From the NCBI GenBank assembly GCA_002269645.1, contig NIVC01000721.1, forward strand, positions 1 to 64,000: a stretch of DNA of 64,000 bases, in the 5' to 3' direction. The position numbers were made by a program, and so were the translations under genes. Below the pieces are notes generated by a model. That model searched no databases. It was given only the letters and a program-made list of their open reading frames with translations, and had not been told where the DNA came from. Positions 32,842 to 46,589 of the stretch are shown piece by piece. Numbering within the stretch: position 1 is the first letter of the stretch; the number at the start of each line of letters is the position of its first letter. This DNA comes from Macrostomum lignano (lineage: Eukaryota).

Positions 32842-34892
32842 ATTATTAGCCTTTTATTGTAGCCAGTGGCTATTTTCATAGATGGCATTTGCTTATATGA
32901 TGCAAATAGGCTTTGGTAATGGCATATAGTAGAGTCCAAACAAGATCAAATTTTGTTTTCAAGCGAGATCAAGTAAGAATTTTATAAAAAAGATTTAGAT
33001 CAATAATAAGTCAATTGAAAATTGAAAATCTAGCTGAAAAAGTGAATTTGTATAAGTAGAATTATACTTATAATAAGATATATATAAAATTTGGTTTGTA
33101 TTATGAGTAAATAGATAATAGTACAAAAGAAAAGGCTTAAATGTCTATCACAATAATATATATATATATATATGCAGTAAATATGCAAAAGTAAGCCACT
33201 AACTCTAGCTGTGCCACTATATGCCACTGTAAGATACATAAATAGGTTAAAGGTTTGTAATAGTTAACTGGGTGAGCCATAGTCAGGATTATAGCATACC
33301 TGTGCTAGAACAAATCCTATCAAAATAGTTTGATTGCACCATGTGCTAGAGCTTTTTTTGCAAAAAACACATATATAAAAATCTGTATTTTCCCTTTAAA
33401 AAATACTAATAATAAAATTTGTATTTGACTCTGTTTTGTAGAATTACAATGTTAAAATATTTTAATTGAAAAAGCTGTCAATACACTAGCAAACAAAAAA
33501 GTGCTAATTATGCATTAGACAATTAATTAGCACTTATTTGTTTTTTATTTGGCACTTCACAATATTTTTATACTTTTAAGATCAAGATTAAGACTTCGGT
33601 CAGACTCTAACATATAGGAAATGCATATAGAAAATGTTGCATAGAAAAAAGAAGCAGGGTATATACAAGGTACATGGCACACATGGAAAGCATAAGTTAT
33701 AGATAGAAAGTAGGTATCAAATGTAGTCTCCATATTCTAGATAATATTAAATATATATTAGAAAACACATTCAAACAATCAAACCTAATTGCATAAAATG
33801 CTTGAACTAAGCCAAATACATGCTAGAAATTTTTGGCATTTTTGATGTCTTCTGGGGTGTGCTAGTATAGAAAAAAGGCAATTAAATATAGTTTAAACTT
33901 TGGTTATACGGCCTTTAGTAACATTTGCTATTCCTTCAGTGACAGTCATTATTTGCTTTCTAATCTTAGGCCTATGTTATTTTGTTTGTATATATAGTTC
34001 TTAAAAAATAAATATTGCTAAGCCAATATTTTATTTTACAAATATTATGTTTAAAATATTCAATTTGGGTTTAGACAAGAACTAGATAATAGATATATTG
34101 ATTTCTAAGATTTCCAGGATTTAAAAAAAGAGTATAAGATTTAAAACTCAACAAATAAGCTAAAAAAACAGTGAAATACTTCATTAATCAGGCCTAGTTT
34201 TTATACTTTTTAAAAAGCCCAAGGGTACCAACTTTTAAAAGAAGTATATGTGATGCAGGGATTCGATCCCTGAGCAAGTGATATTCAAGATTGATTTTCG
34301 GAAATAACAAAAAACTCTGCTTTTAAAGCACCAAATGCCATGATTTTTTACAAAAAAAACGTCACCACGAAATAGACCAACTTAAAAAAATTACGGCTAC
34401 AGATTGAAAGGATTTTTTACAATTTGCAAAAAACTGGTGCTTCCTATCTCCACAGTGTATTAAATTGATATTCGATTTCGAGTACTTCTGCTTGCTCTCT
34501 GTCGCTGAAAATTGACATGCAGGACTTCACCCGGAATAGTTCTCGAGCATGAAGCTTTGAGTTCAGTTTGAGTTATGATAATCGATTAGTGTCTGGTTGA
34601 ACTTGAAGATAGGTTTTGGCTTAAAAAGACTTTCGTACGAAATCCTTTCTTAGAAAACTCTACTCGTGATAAACCGAATGACCTTTTTTAGGAGGAATTT
34701 TTTGGCGTACATTTTTAGGGAAAAGATTTTCATTTTTAGGACATAGGATTTTTGTTTTTGGCGTACACTGGCGTACATTTAGATGAGCTAGGATTCTTAT
34801 TCCGGCGTACACTAACTGCACGATCCTCAACCCTGTCAAATGGGTTTTGTAAATTTACATTATAATTTATTTCAAAAGTATACCATGGCCAT

Positions 34893-35158
34893 GGGCCTTT
34901 TCATATTACCAATTCCAGAACCAGAATCGGTTCGGAATTCCAAGAAAAACAGCAGTATAACTAGGCCTATTAAACTCTGTTAATATTTTACTGCCTTAAC
35001 AACCTAACTTAGCACAATTTTTCACTTTCTTTTTGGCGATTGTCATTCAATAATAAAAACTTTATAGTACGTATCTCCCTCTAGTTATGGAGACAAAAAG
35101 TTATACTTCACAAATTGGTTCTGGTTCTGGAACCAGAGCAAGCAATATGAAAAGGCCC
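34893..35158. mobile_element. PIF/Harbinger-like MITE (266 bp)
   Basis: 15-bp TIR gggccttttcatatt/aatatgaaaaggccc, inner ccagaaccagaa/ttctggttctgg; 3-bp TSD CAT. Confidence 0.75.
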
Positions 35159-36471
35159 CATGTCTAATTTCCTTGTTTAACAATTTGACTTTTTTAAATT
35201 TGATTATTTTTAAAAGCTTTGCCTTTATTAAGGCCTAAAAATAAATATAAGTTAGGCCTATAAGTAATAGTTTTATATCCAATATTAGTAATAATCAAAT
35301 TATATATCAATAATTATTATATACATGTCAGTAGCGCAACCAGAAATTTGTTGAGGAGGGGACAGGTTCTAGAAGCAAGAAGGTAAAGACTTGAGGGGCA
35401 AAGAGAAGTAGCTTTGTTTTTGGGAAAAGATGCTTGGTCCCCCCCCCCCCCTAGATTTTTTCAAGTCTCCCCTTATAAGGTAAGAGGAGAGACTATTCTC
35501 TACCCTTGGTTGTGCATTATAATCAACCTATAGGCCCCTAGTCAATCTAGCTAACAAAATTGTAGGCTTGTAGCAAACCATTGAGACCAATAGCAAGGTA
35601 TAGATAGGTAGACCTAACAAAATTTAAGACTAATTTTAACAAAGTTTTTTAACAAAAAATATTTATTTTTTATATCTTTTAATAATATAAAGTCAAATAT
35701 AATTAATTCTATACCTTTTACTAGGCTAGGGCCTAGGCTTTTTACTTTCACTTTTTATAAGATAATAAACTAAAATTAAGGTAGATTAAAACTTATATTA
35801 ACTTAAATACCATTGCTTAGTTAATTTTAGCTTATTGACATTAAAACATTTGCATTTGTTAGTTATAAAAACTTCAAGCGTAAATTCTAGAATCAAACCA
35901 TGTCTAACCATTGAAACAGAGATACTTCATGGTTCTATAAGATGTGATAATGAAGCCATTAATTTACTAAATGGCAGTAGGAAGACCAAATTAGTATATA
36001 GGATTGCTTATATTATTTATTTATTGCTTAAAGATTCTTAAAGTCTATAATATTCATTTTTAACTTTAATGTTATAGTCTTAGGCCTAATAAAATTGATT
36101 TTGGTTTCTTTGTATTAAAACCAATGATCTAATTAATGTGTTGCAATTATATTATAGTGAACACTTAGTTAATGCCAAGCCTATCTATTTAAAGATATTA
36201 TTTGGTATGATTGTATGATTGAAATTTCTAGACTTTTGTTAGACCCTAGGATTTTGAAATTAGGGTTTTATCTTACTTCTACTTATTGGTATTACAGTGA
36301 TTTTAATAAATTCAAGGCATTAATAGGTCTTAATAATAGCACTTTCTATAGCCTAGCATTGTCTCTAAGTCTTCTGAGGCAGCTAACTATTATTGGATCT
36401 TTAATGTTATTGAATGATCCTATCACAGTATACTAAATCCAAATATACTATAATCTATAAGGTTTGTATGT

Positions 36472-36690
<219 letters not shown>

Positions 36691-36843
36691 AGATGCAAAA
36701 TTGTCTTGAAAGATAAAGAAGACAGTTAAAATTTCTTTAATCTGCTTGAATGCTAAAGGAAATAAATATTCAAAAAACATGCTTTTAAATTGCTATAAAT
36801 AGACTGAATATCGAGACACAAGGTGTCACATTAAATATTTTAA

Positions 36844-39322
36844 ATGATGTCTAGTACAAATTTCTGCATGCAACTACTCCCTACAATGCTGGTCCCACTG
36901 TTTACTGTTCTGGGTCTGTGCCTGGCTCTCTGCCAGACAGCCCATTCAGCTGGCCACTACAGCTCCGGCAGTCCTGTTCCAATCTACGTGAACAAGGTCG
37001 GTCCCTATTACAATCCTCACGAAACTTATCACTATTACGAATTGCCGGTGTGCCGTCCAGATACTATTGTGCACAAGTCCATGTCGCTTGGCGAGCTGCT
37101 CGACGGAGATCGGATGGCGGTGTCCATGTTCAATGTGAAGTTTAGCCTGCCTGCCACCAACACTTTGCTGTGCTCAAAGACTTTAACCGAGTCTGACCTG
37201 GCTCGCCTGCGCAGCGCCGTTGAGGATCTGTACTACTTTGAGTTCGTTGTCGATGACATCCCTGTCAGAGGATTCCTCGGCCACCTGGAAGAGGCCGGCC
37301 TGGTGCCGCACACGCATCGGGTTTATCTGTGGACTCACCTGGACTTCAAATTTTATTATAAGAATGATCGGATTGTGTACGCTTCGGTTGCTACCTCTGG
37401 AAAGGTATTCGCCTCGTTTCTGTTTCCGTCTTGGGGGGGGGGCAGAGCTGCTCAGCGGTGACGCATCCGACCCTCGCGGCCCAGACCCCTGGTTCGATTC
37501 CGCGCGCGGTCGGCCGCATTCATTTGGGGCTCGTGTGCATGCAAATTGGCCCAGGGGCGATTCACAGCCATGAGGGCCAGCCTCCAGTGCACACAGAGTG
37601 TACATGCCTGATGATTAGATAGTCAGGGCCGCTTTACACCCTGGGTGAGCGTGTGTATGAATTGGTGCCTGCGTAAGTTTTTTAGATTGATGTTTTTTCT
37701 AAGTTATTTAAAAACTGCTGAAAATTTTATAATTAGAGTTTTTAGGACCCGGATTTGCTGGTTTTGAGATGAAGATACGGCACGTTTGAGAGACTGTGAT
37801 TCGGCAGAGATTGGAATTCGGCAGTTTTGAGATTGGAATTCGTCAGTTTTGAGATTGGAATACGGCAGTTTTGATATTTGGATTCAGCAATTTTTGAGAT
37901 TAGAGATTTTGCAGTTTTGAGATATGAAATTTGGCAGTTTTGAGAGACTGGGATTCGTCAGTTTTGAGATTGGAATTCGGCAATTACCTGGTGACGATGG
38001 CAGATTACCTGGAATTCCCATAATAATTCCACACTTCGATTCCCACCCCGCAGGTCGACCTGGACGAGATCACCCCCGCCAGCCCGGCGCTCCGCTTCAC
38101 CTACTCCGTCAGCTGGGTGCCATCGGCTGTGAGCTTCGAGGACCGCGCCCAGCTGATCAGGGACACGTCATTCTTCCCCAAGAGCCTGGAGATTCACTGG
38201 CTATCTGTGATCAATTCCCTTGTACTCGTGGCCCTGCTCATCGCCTTTGTTAGCGTCATCCTCTGCCGGATTCTGCGACGCGATTTCGCTCGCTACAATC
38301 TGGACGACGAGGGTCCGGCCGGCTCCACCGCCGCCGAGGCCGCCAGCCTTGACGAGGACAATCTTGGCTGGAAGTCTGTGCACGCCGATGTGTTCCGGCC
38401 GCCCGGGCACAAGTGCTTCTACTCGGCTGTGGTTGGCGTTGGCGCCCAGTTCCTGTCCATCGCCACTGGCCTGCTGGGCATGGCCCTGCTGGGACTGTTT
38501 AACGTGCACAACCACGGCAGCATGAACTCCGCCTGCGTGCTGCTGTACGCGCTGACCTCCTGTGTAGCCGGATTCGTGTCCTGCCGCCTGTTCCGTCAGC
38601 TGGGCGGCGAGCGCTGGGTTCGCAACGTGTTGATCACGTCGGCACTGTTTGCCGTGCCGCTGTTTTTGGTGTGGGCAGTCGTTAACTCGGTGGTCTGGGC
38701 CTACGGCACCACCCAGGCCCTGCCCTGGTCTACAGTGCTGCTGCTGCTGAGCCTGTGGCTGCTGGTGGGCTTCCCCCTCACCATTGTTGGCGGCTCGTTC
38801 GGCAAGCGGGTGCCAGCCGGGCTGGACGCGCCCTGCCGCACTAGGAACATTGCTAGAGAGATCCCGCCCCTGCCCTGCTACAAGAGCTGGCCTGTGCACT
38901 GCCTGATCTCCGGGTTTCTGTCATTCAGCGCCGTGTCTGTAGAGCTGTACTATGTGTACGCCACAGTGTGGGGCCGGCAACACTACTCTCTGTACGGCAT
39001 TCTCACTCTGGTGTACGTCATCCTGCTGTTCGTGACGGCCTGCGTGTCCGTCACCACCACTTATTTCCAGCTGTCAGCCGAAGACTATCGCTGGTGGTGG
39101 CGCTCGCTATTCAGCGGCGGCTCGGCTTCGCTGTTCGTGCTGGCGTACTCGGTGTACTATTATTTCTGGCGGGCCAGCATGTCCGGCGCGGTGCAGGCTG
39201 TGCAGTTCTTCGGCTACAGCCTGTTGCTGTGCTACGTGTTCTTTCTTAGTCTGGGCGCCGTGTCGTTTGCGGCATCGTTTCGGTTCGTTCGCTACATCTA
39301 TGCCAATATCAAGATGGACTGA
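36844..39322 (+). CDS. TM9SF1: Transmembrane 9 superfamily member 1 (nonaspanin), 2 exons, ~609 aa
   Basis: Exons 36844-37404 and 38054-39322. [58 protein letters not shown] and C-terminal IYANIKMD; the start Met may be later. Confidence 0.95.
37441..37680 (+). mobile_element. tRNA-derived SINE in the TM9SF1 intron
   Basis: Box A-like agctgctcagcgg (37446-58) and box B ggttcgattcc (37491-501), followed by an unrelated body; no full cloverleaf. Confidence 0.6.
37790..37985. repeat. ~22-bp degenerate minisatellite (ggcagttttgagattggaattc) in the TM9SF1 intron
   Basis: Tandem copies. Confidence 0.8.
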
Positions 39323-39920
39323 AGAGTCTGAGGACTGGTCTTGGCAGGGTAAATGCGATTTTTTATAACGCTGTTCTGCATGAACTCTTGCACTCTATGT
39401 AACATTTATTTTCCCCTCTACAGCCTGTCGGGTCACAGCTCTTCAACATCAATTGTACTGAATGTATCTATACCTGAATATTGATCTTTGCGTATTCGGC
39501 TTACATTCATTATCTGTGTTGTACGATATACTTATTATGCTGCTTTAATAGTGCCGCGTTAGTTAATTTTTGTTTAAAACTGAGTTTTTCTCGCATCGAA
39601 CAAAAAATATTAATTTGTTTTATATTTAGTAATTTATATTTTCATTTTATCAACATAAATATCGTTTTATTGTTAGAGGATGTATGTCATTTTTGGCTTG
39701 TTTTTTCTGGTTACATAGTTTATCTATTTAATGCATCACAGTCGTAAAAATTATTTATCTGCTCAGCAACATGCAGACTCTGTGCCTCATTCTGTTACTG
39801 GCGTCATTCCAGCTCTTATTGTTTGCCTTTTTCGTTTGCACAGAATGACAAAGTGGAGATTACTTAGGTTTGATTGTCATCAATTTATCATCAATTTTAG
39901 GCAATTATACAAGCATGCAT

Positions 39921-40211
39921 AGGGTGGCTGGTGTCCTAGCTAGTGTACATTGGGGTGGCTGGTGTCCTAGCTAGTGTACATTGGGGTGGCTGGTGTCCTA
40001 GCTAGTGTACATTGGGGTGGCTGGTGTCCTAGCTAGTGTACATTGGGGTGGCTGGTGTCCTAGCTAGTGTACATTGGGGTGGCTGGTGTCCTAGCTAGTG
40101 TACATTGGGGTGGCTGGTGTCCTAGCTAGTGTACATTGGGGTGGCTGGTGTCCTAGCTAGTGTATATTGGGGTGGCTGGTGTCCTAGCTAGTGTACATTG
40201 GGGTGGCTGGT
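39921..40211. repeat. 30-bp minisatellite (gggtggctggtgtcctagctagtgtacatt)
   Basis: About 9.5 near-perfect copies. Confidence 0.95.
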
Positions 40212-40654
40212 CTTTAGGTTAAATTTGGAATAAAAACATGTTATAGGCCGGCTATTATTAGAAATGTTTTCATTATTCCTGCCTAGACAAACTGTGTGGT
40301 AAGATTAATTGTTAACCAAAAACTGTTCCATAATTTCTTTATGTATATGCTACACGTATTCTTCATAGTGGTTAATAGCTGTATAATCATAAGTAGGCTG
40401 AGTTCTTGGGTGTAATATTATACTTACTGGTTACTGTAGTTACTACTATTAAATATATCGGCTGTGTTCTGTGAGCTATTTTGAAACTAAGTAAATACTT
40501 TTCTTGTCTTGTTTCCCGCTGTCTTTGTCATTTTATTGCTGGGGAGTTGATCTACAAGGCAGATCTGATAGCAATCATTAGAGTAAAAGAGTAAATTTTG
40601 AGTCTTCCAATGCCTAGTTAACACTAACAGTCTAACACCGTAGCTGCCACTAAC

Positions 40655-41260
40655 ACTAGTGTCCCTGACAGCCCTAGTGTCCCTGACAGCCCTAGTGTCC
40701 CTGACACCCCTAGTGTCCCTGACACCCCTAGTGTCCCTGACACCCCTAGTGTCCCTGACACCCCTAGTGTCCCTGACAGCCCTAGTGTCCCTGACAGCCC
40801 TAGTGTCCCTGACAGCCCTAGTGTCCCTGACACCCCTAGTGTCCCTGACACCCCTAGTGTCCCTGACAGCCCTAGTGTCCCTGACAGCCCTAGTGTCCCT
40901 GACACCCCTAATGTCCCTAACACCTTTAGTGTCCCTGACACCCCTAGTGTCCCTGACAACCCTAGTGTCCCTGACACCTTTAGTGTCCCTGACAGCCCTA
41001 GTGTCCCTGACAGCCCTAGTGTCCCTGACACCCCTAATGTCCCTAACACCTTTAGTGTCTCTGACAGCCCTAGTGTCCCTGACAACCCTAGTGTCCCTGA
41101 CACCTTTAGTGTCCCTGACAGCCCTAGTGTCCCTGACACCCCTAATGTCCCTAACACCTTTAGTGTCTCTGACACCCCTAGTGTCCCTGACACCCCTAGT
41201 GTCCCTGACACCTTTAGTGTCCCTGACACCCCTAGTGTCCCTGACCCCCCTAGTTTCCCT
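40655..41260. repeat. 18-bp minisatellite (ccctagtgtccctgacag/c)
   Basis: About 33 copies; spurious ORFs on both strands. Confidence 0.95.
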
Positions 41261-41954
41261 GCCAGCCCTCCTTTCCCCCATTTATTCTTTCATAAATTTC
41301 CCAACATACTTTCGTCACGGACTGAGTTTACCATCTCGAAATCGCCCATCGCCCCGCATGTCACTCGTTGAGCAAACAAGTCTTTAAAAAGCTGCCTGTT
41401 GAAATGGTGTTCAATAGAAGCTATTACTATGTTAGCACAATATTCCATGCATCTATGTAAGCAAATATTTGATTTGAGCAGCACTCAGCTCCCCTTGTGC
41501 GCCATGATCTGCCCTGCCTGCGTTGTCTGGAATTATGAAATAGGAATTGAAAACTTCAACACTGACCCATTGAGTACACCATGCAGTGTGTAGTATATGT
41601 TGGGATGGGGATTTAGCGAGTGAAAATGACTGAGCGATCCTCTGGTGTGTGTTGGCCACAATATTTGCCTAGGGTAAACACAAATCGGCGGCTGATGAAG
41701 AAGAGGCTGCTCTGTATTGTCATCGTTTTGGCAATCCGTGAGTTGGCTGCATAAGCTGCTGGGATTTGAATTGAACGATCGGATTTCATCCATCCCATGC
41801 TATGTGCGGCTTGAGGTGCGATGGCTACTCGTATGCTGAGCTAATGACTTCGCCTGGGAATGAGGGCTAGTTTAAGCAATCCCCCAGTGGATTGCCTTTT
41901 TCCACTTTATGGAATTTTTCAATCATATTCCTTCGAGCTTAAAACTGAAGATCT

Positions 41955-42470
41955 CAGTCAGGAAAACTTCAGGATGGTCAAGCTTCAGTTCTGAAATCCT
42001 CAGTCATGAATACTTCAGGATAGTCAAGCTTCAGTTCTGAAATCCTCAGTCAGGAATACTTCAGGATAGTCAGCTTCAGTTCTGAAATCCTCAGTCAGGA
42101 AAACTTCAGGATAGTCAAGCTTCAGTTCTGAAATCTTTAGTCAGGAAAACTTCAGGATAGTCAAGCTTCAGTTCTGAAATCTTTAGTCAGGAAAACTTCA
42201 GGATAGTCAAGCTTCAGTTCTGAAATCCTCAGTCAGGAAAACTTCAGGATAGTCAAGCTTCAGTTCTGAAATCTTTAGTCAGGAAAACTTCAGGATAGTC
42301 AAGCTTCAGTTCTGAAATCTTTAGTCAGGAAAACTTCAGGATAGTCAAGCTTCAGTTCTGAAATCCTCAGTCAGGAAAACTTCAGGATAGTCAAGCTTCA
42401 GTTCTGAAATCCTCAGTCAGGAAAACTTTAGGATAGTCAAGCTTCAGTTCTGAAATCTTTAGTCAGGAAA
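41955..42470. repeat. 46-bp minisatellite upstream of the bHLH gene
   Basis: tcaggaaaacttcaggatagtcaagcttcagttctgaaatc(c/t)t(c/t)ag, about 11 copies. Confidence 0.95.
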
Positions 42471-42572
42471 GCTAGCATTCATTCAGCAGGCATTCCCTAG
42501 CTGCCATCTTCATAGTGTCCCAAATTAGCCTAAAATTGTCCATGAGGAGAGGCGGGCGGCGCCGCCGGTCTC

Positions 42573-42635
42573 AGCCAATCAGCTGCGAGCTGCTTTGATG
42601 AAGAAGCTGCTGCGCGGTTGCAAGCTATTTAAAAA
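42573..42635 (+). promoter_or_regulatory. CCAAT box, E-box (CAGCTG) and TATA-like element upstream of the bHLH ORF
   Basis: ccaat 42575, cagctg 42580, tatttaaa 42626, ATG 42675. Confidence 0.5.
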
Positions 42636-42674
42636 GGATGATGGTGCATTCCCAGACCTGTCAATCAAGCAGAG

Positions 42675-42968
42675 ATGACTTCAGAGCACCAGCATCTCCC
42701 AGCCTGTTGCGCCGGCGCCATACTGACGCAGAGACGCAACCAGCGAGAGCGCGACCGGGTCCGCTGCGTTAACGCCGGCTACGCCAAACTGCTTGAGTCA
42801 CTTCCGCTTAGCAACAGGAGCGGCTTGGAATCGCCCGAGAATTCAGGCGGCAGCGGCGGCGGCGGCCGTAGCCGGCTGAGCAAAGTGCAAATCCTGCGAG
42901 CTGCCATCGCCTACATCCGGGAGCTGCAGCGGGTGCTGGCGGATCTGAGCGAAGGACGACCATCCTGA
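42675..42968 (+). CDS. Achaete-scute family bHLH (ASCL3/4/5-like), 97 aa, intronless
   Basis: RRNQRERDRVRCVNAGYAKL...RLSKVQILRAAIAYIRELQ. Confidence 0.85.
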   Translation: MTSEHQHLPACCAGAILTQRRNQRERDRVRCVNAGYAKLLESLPLSNRSGLESPENSGGSGGGGRSRLSKVQILRAAIAYIRELQRVLADLSEGRPS

Positions 42969-43194
42969 CATGCCAAGGACTGTTATTTATAATCATATTG
43001 CGAGCTAGCGAGTGGACTGGAAACCCTGCACATATACCGTGTAAACAATGCAGACAATGTAACTTATGTTTTTTATTGCTATGACAAACCAATACATGAA
43101 AATTCGTTTATAACTCCTTTTGCAACCCTGCAGGATTCCGGTCGTTTTCTTTTTTTACCTGTTTTTGTCAGTTAAAAAGCAATTCGACTTATTG

Positions 43195-43960
43195 TTATGA
43201 GAATCTCAACCCAAATCATAAAATCTCACCCTATGAGAATCTCAAACCAAATAGAGAATCTCACCCTATGAGAATGTCAAACAAAATAGAAAATGTCACC
43301 CTATGAGAATCTCAAACCAAACTAAACATCTCACCCTATAAGAGTCTCAAACCAAATTGAAAATCTTACCCTAAGAGAATCTCAAACCAAATAGAAAATC
43401 TCACCCTATAAGAATCTCAAGCCTAACAAAAAATCTCACCCTATGAGAATCTCAAACGAAGTAGAGAATCCCACCCTATGAGAATCTCAACCCAAAAAGA
43501 AAATCTCACCCTATGAGACTCTCAAACAAAATAGAAAATTTCACCCTAAAAGAATCTCAAACCAAATAGAAAATCTCACCCTATGAGAATCTCAAACGAA
43601 ATAGAGAATCCCACCCTATTAGAATCTCAACCCAAAAAGAAAATCTCACCCTATGAGACTCTCAAACAAAAAAGTGAATCTTCACTGTGAGAATGTCAAA
43701 CCAAATAGAGAAGCTCACCCTTTGAGAATCTCAAACGAAATAGAGAATCCCACCTATGAGAATCTCAAACCAAATAGAAAATCTCATCTTATGAGAATCT
43801 CAAGCCTAACAAAAAATCTCACCTTATGAGAATCTCAAGCCTAACAAAAAATCTCACCTTATGAGAATCTCAAACCAAATAGAAAATCTCACCCTATGAG
43901 AATCTCAACCGAAATAGAAAATCTCACCCTATGAGAATCTCAACCGAAATAGAAAATCAT
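43195..43960. repeat. ~37-bp degenerate minisatellite (aaatctcaccctatgagaatctcaaaccaaatag)
   Basis: About 20 copies. Confidence 0.9.
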
Positions 43961-44434
43961 GGCTCTCGTGCTAAAATTATACGCCAGACCAAGAGAGGTC
44001 GAGATGAAGAGGCCAGCTCCATACACAATCAGGAGCTTCCGTCTTTTCCGTTTTTTCTCACTCGCTGTCTGTCTGTCTTTCTTAATCTGCATTTTTTATA
44101 ATCCAGCTACTTTCACTACTTAAAAGACATTTGTGTTTGTTTAGGAACCCCCCCACTGTGCAATTAAGGTTGCAACAGAGGAGGAGCGGAGAGACAGCGG
44201 TGACAGAGCGTGAGCCGTCTCAACCCCTACTTTTGCATAGCTAATGAGCGATGAAGGTGTGACTGGAGTCTGGTCTGTCTGTCTTGAAAAAAAACAGCTT
44301 CAACCACCCACACAGCATGCCCACTTTGAAGTGAGGTCGACTAGGGGGGTGACGTCACTTAAGCAGTTCAATTGTTGAACAATTGTCTAAAGTGTCTGAC
44401 CTGCAAAAAGCATTGTGGCTTTTTGCTCTCCTTA

Positions 44435-45950
44435 CAGCACAGCTTTGGCGCCCTTTACAGCACAGTTTTGGCGCCCCTTACAGCACAGCTTTGGCGCCCC
44501 TCACAGCACAGCTTTGGTGCCCCTCACAGCACAGTTTTGGCGCCCCTTACAGCACAGCTTTGGCGCCCCTAACAGCACAGCTTTGGCGCCCCTTACAGCA
44601 CAGTTTTGGCGCCCCTTACAGCACAGCTTTGGCGCCCCTTACAGCACAGCTTTGGCGCCCCTTATAGTACAGCTTTGGCGCCCCTTACAGCACAGCTTTG
44701 GCGCCCCTCACAGCACAGCTTTGGTGCCCCTCACAGCACAGTTTTGGCGCCCCTTACAGCACAGCTTTGGTGCCCCTCACAGCACAGTTTTGGCGCCCCT
44801 TACAGCACAGCTTTGGCGCCCCTAACAGCACAGCTTTGGCGCCCCTTACAGCACAGCTTTGGCGCCCCTTATAGCACAGCTTTGGCGCCCCTAACAGCAC
44901 AGTTTTGGCGCCCCTTACAGCACAGCTTTGGCGCCCCTTATAGTACAGCTTTGGCGCCCCTTACAGCACAGCTTTGGCGCCCCTCACAGCACAGCTTTGG
45001 TGCCCCTCACAGCACAGTTTTGGCGCCCCTTACAGCACAGCTTTGGCGCCCCTTATAGTACAGCTTTGGCGCCCCTTATAGCACAGCTTTGGCGCCCCTT
45101 AAAGTACAGCTTTGGCGCCCCTTATAGAACAGCTTTGGCGCCCCTTATAGTACAGCTTTGGCACCCCTTATAGCACAGCTTTGGCGCCCCTTAAAGTAAA
45201 GCTTTGGCGCCCCTTATAGAACAGCTTTGGCGCCCCTTATAGTACAGCTTTGGCACCCCTTATAGCACAGCTTTGGCGCCCCTTAAAGTAAAGCTTTGGC
45301 GCCCCTTATGGAACAGCTTTGGCGCCCCTCACAGCACAGCTTTGGCGCCCCTTATAGTACAGCTTTGGCGCCCCTTAAAGTACAGCTTTGGTGCCCCTTA
45401 TAGCACAGCTTTGGCGCCCCTCAGAGCCACAGCACAGCTTTGGCGCCCCTCAGCCATAGCACAGCTTTGGCGCCCCTCAGAGCCACAGCACAGCTTTGGC
45501 GCCCCTCACAGCCACAGCACAGCTTTGGCGCCCCTCAGAGCCACAGCACAGCTTTGGCGCCCCTCACAGCCACAGCACAGCTTTGGCGCCCCTCAGAGCC
45601 ACAGCACAGCTTTGGCGCCCCTTACAGCTACAGCTTTGGCGCTCCTTACAGCACAGCTTTGGCGCCCCTTACAGCTACAGCTTTGGCGCCCCTTACAGCT
45701 ACAGCTTTGGCGCTCCTTACAGCACAGCTTTGGCGCCCCTTACAGCTACAGCTTTGGCGCTCCTTACAGCACAGCTTTGGCGCCCCTTACAGTTACAGCT
45801 TTGGCGCCCCTTACAGCTACAGCTTTGGCGCTCCTTACAGCACAGCTTTGGCGCCCCTTACAGCTACAGCTTTGGCGCCCCTTACAGCTACAGCTTTGGA
45901 GCCCCTTAGAGAACAGCTTTGGCGCCCCTTATAGTACAGCTTTGGCGCAA
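44435..45950. repeat. 23-bp minisatellite array (cacagctttggcgccccttacag) with variant sub-blocks
   Basis: About 1.5 kb of tandem copies. Confidence 0.95.
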
Positions 45951-46096
45951 TACAAAACATTGCTATTCTTGTGAACAACTTCCAACACAAATTATTTATT
46001 AATCACTATAATTTTAAAATAGCGTCGTACCCTATACTGAACTTTCTTTTCCTAGTCTTGTTTTGTTGCACTTTTAAAATTTGTATATGCTGTGAT

Positions 46097-46282
46097 ATTG
46101 CTGTGAAAATGAAACCCAAACTAATGACTCACGCGCGTTTGCACTCAGTCAACACAACAAAATTTGCGATCGTGCCGCCCCAGCGCTTGACGTCATTCAC
46201 GTCTGGCAGGTTGAGAATTATTTTTAGTTCGATTAGTGCAAAACGCGTGAGTCATCAGTTTGGGTTTCATTTTCACAGCAAT
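46097..46282. mobile_element. MITE-like inverted repeat (~48-bp arms)
   Basis: attgctgtgaaaatgaaacccaaactaatgactcacgcg...gcact and its inverse; no clean TSD. Confidence 0.6.
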
Positions 46283-46589
46283 TAGTCATCAACGCTGTTG
46301 AATCCAATTTCTCAGCTGGTGCTAATACGGCTCACCCCGACCCCTCTCTAATCACGCCACTGCAAATCAAAGCTTTGGCTGAGATGAATTCATCTTGTTA
46401 AAATTACGCAGTCGTCGCCTAATTTATGTACTCGTCCATACATGGAATTTTAAGGCGTTTCAAGCCACTATAAATATGAGATGGAATTCAGTGAGTGAGC
46501 ACCAGTTCGTCCCAAGCCGGTTGAGCAGATTGAGAAGACTTTGACTAAAGACAAGAATCAAGACTAGAAGACTGCTTTGTGTAGGCACC

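Noticed and set aside
35328-35520. Possible MITE (cagtagcgcaaccag ... ttggttgtgcatta)
   Set aside because: The inverted match is too degenerate and there is no TSD
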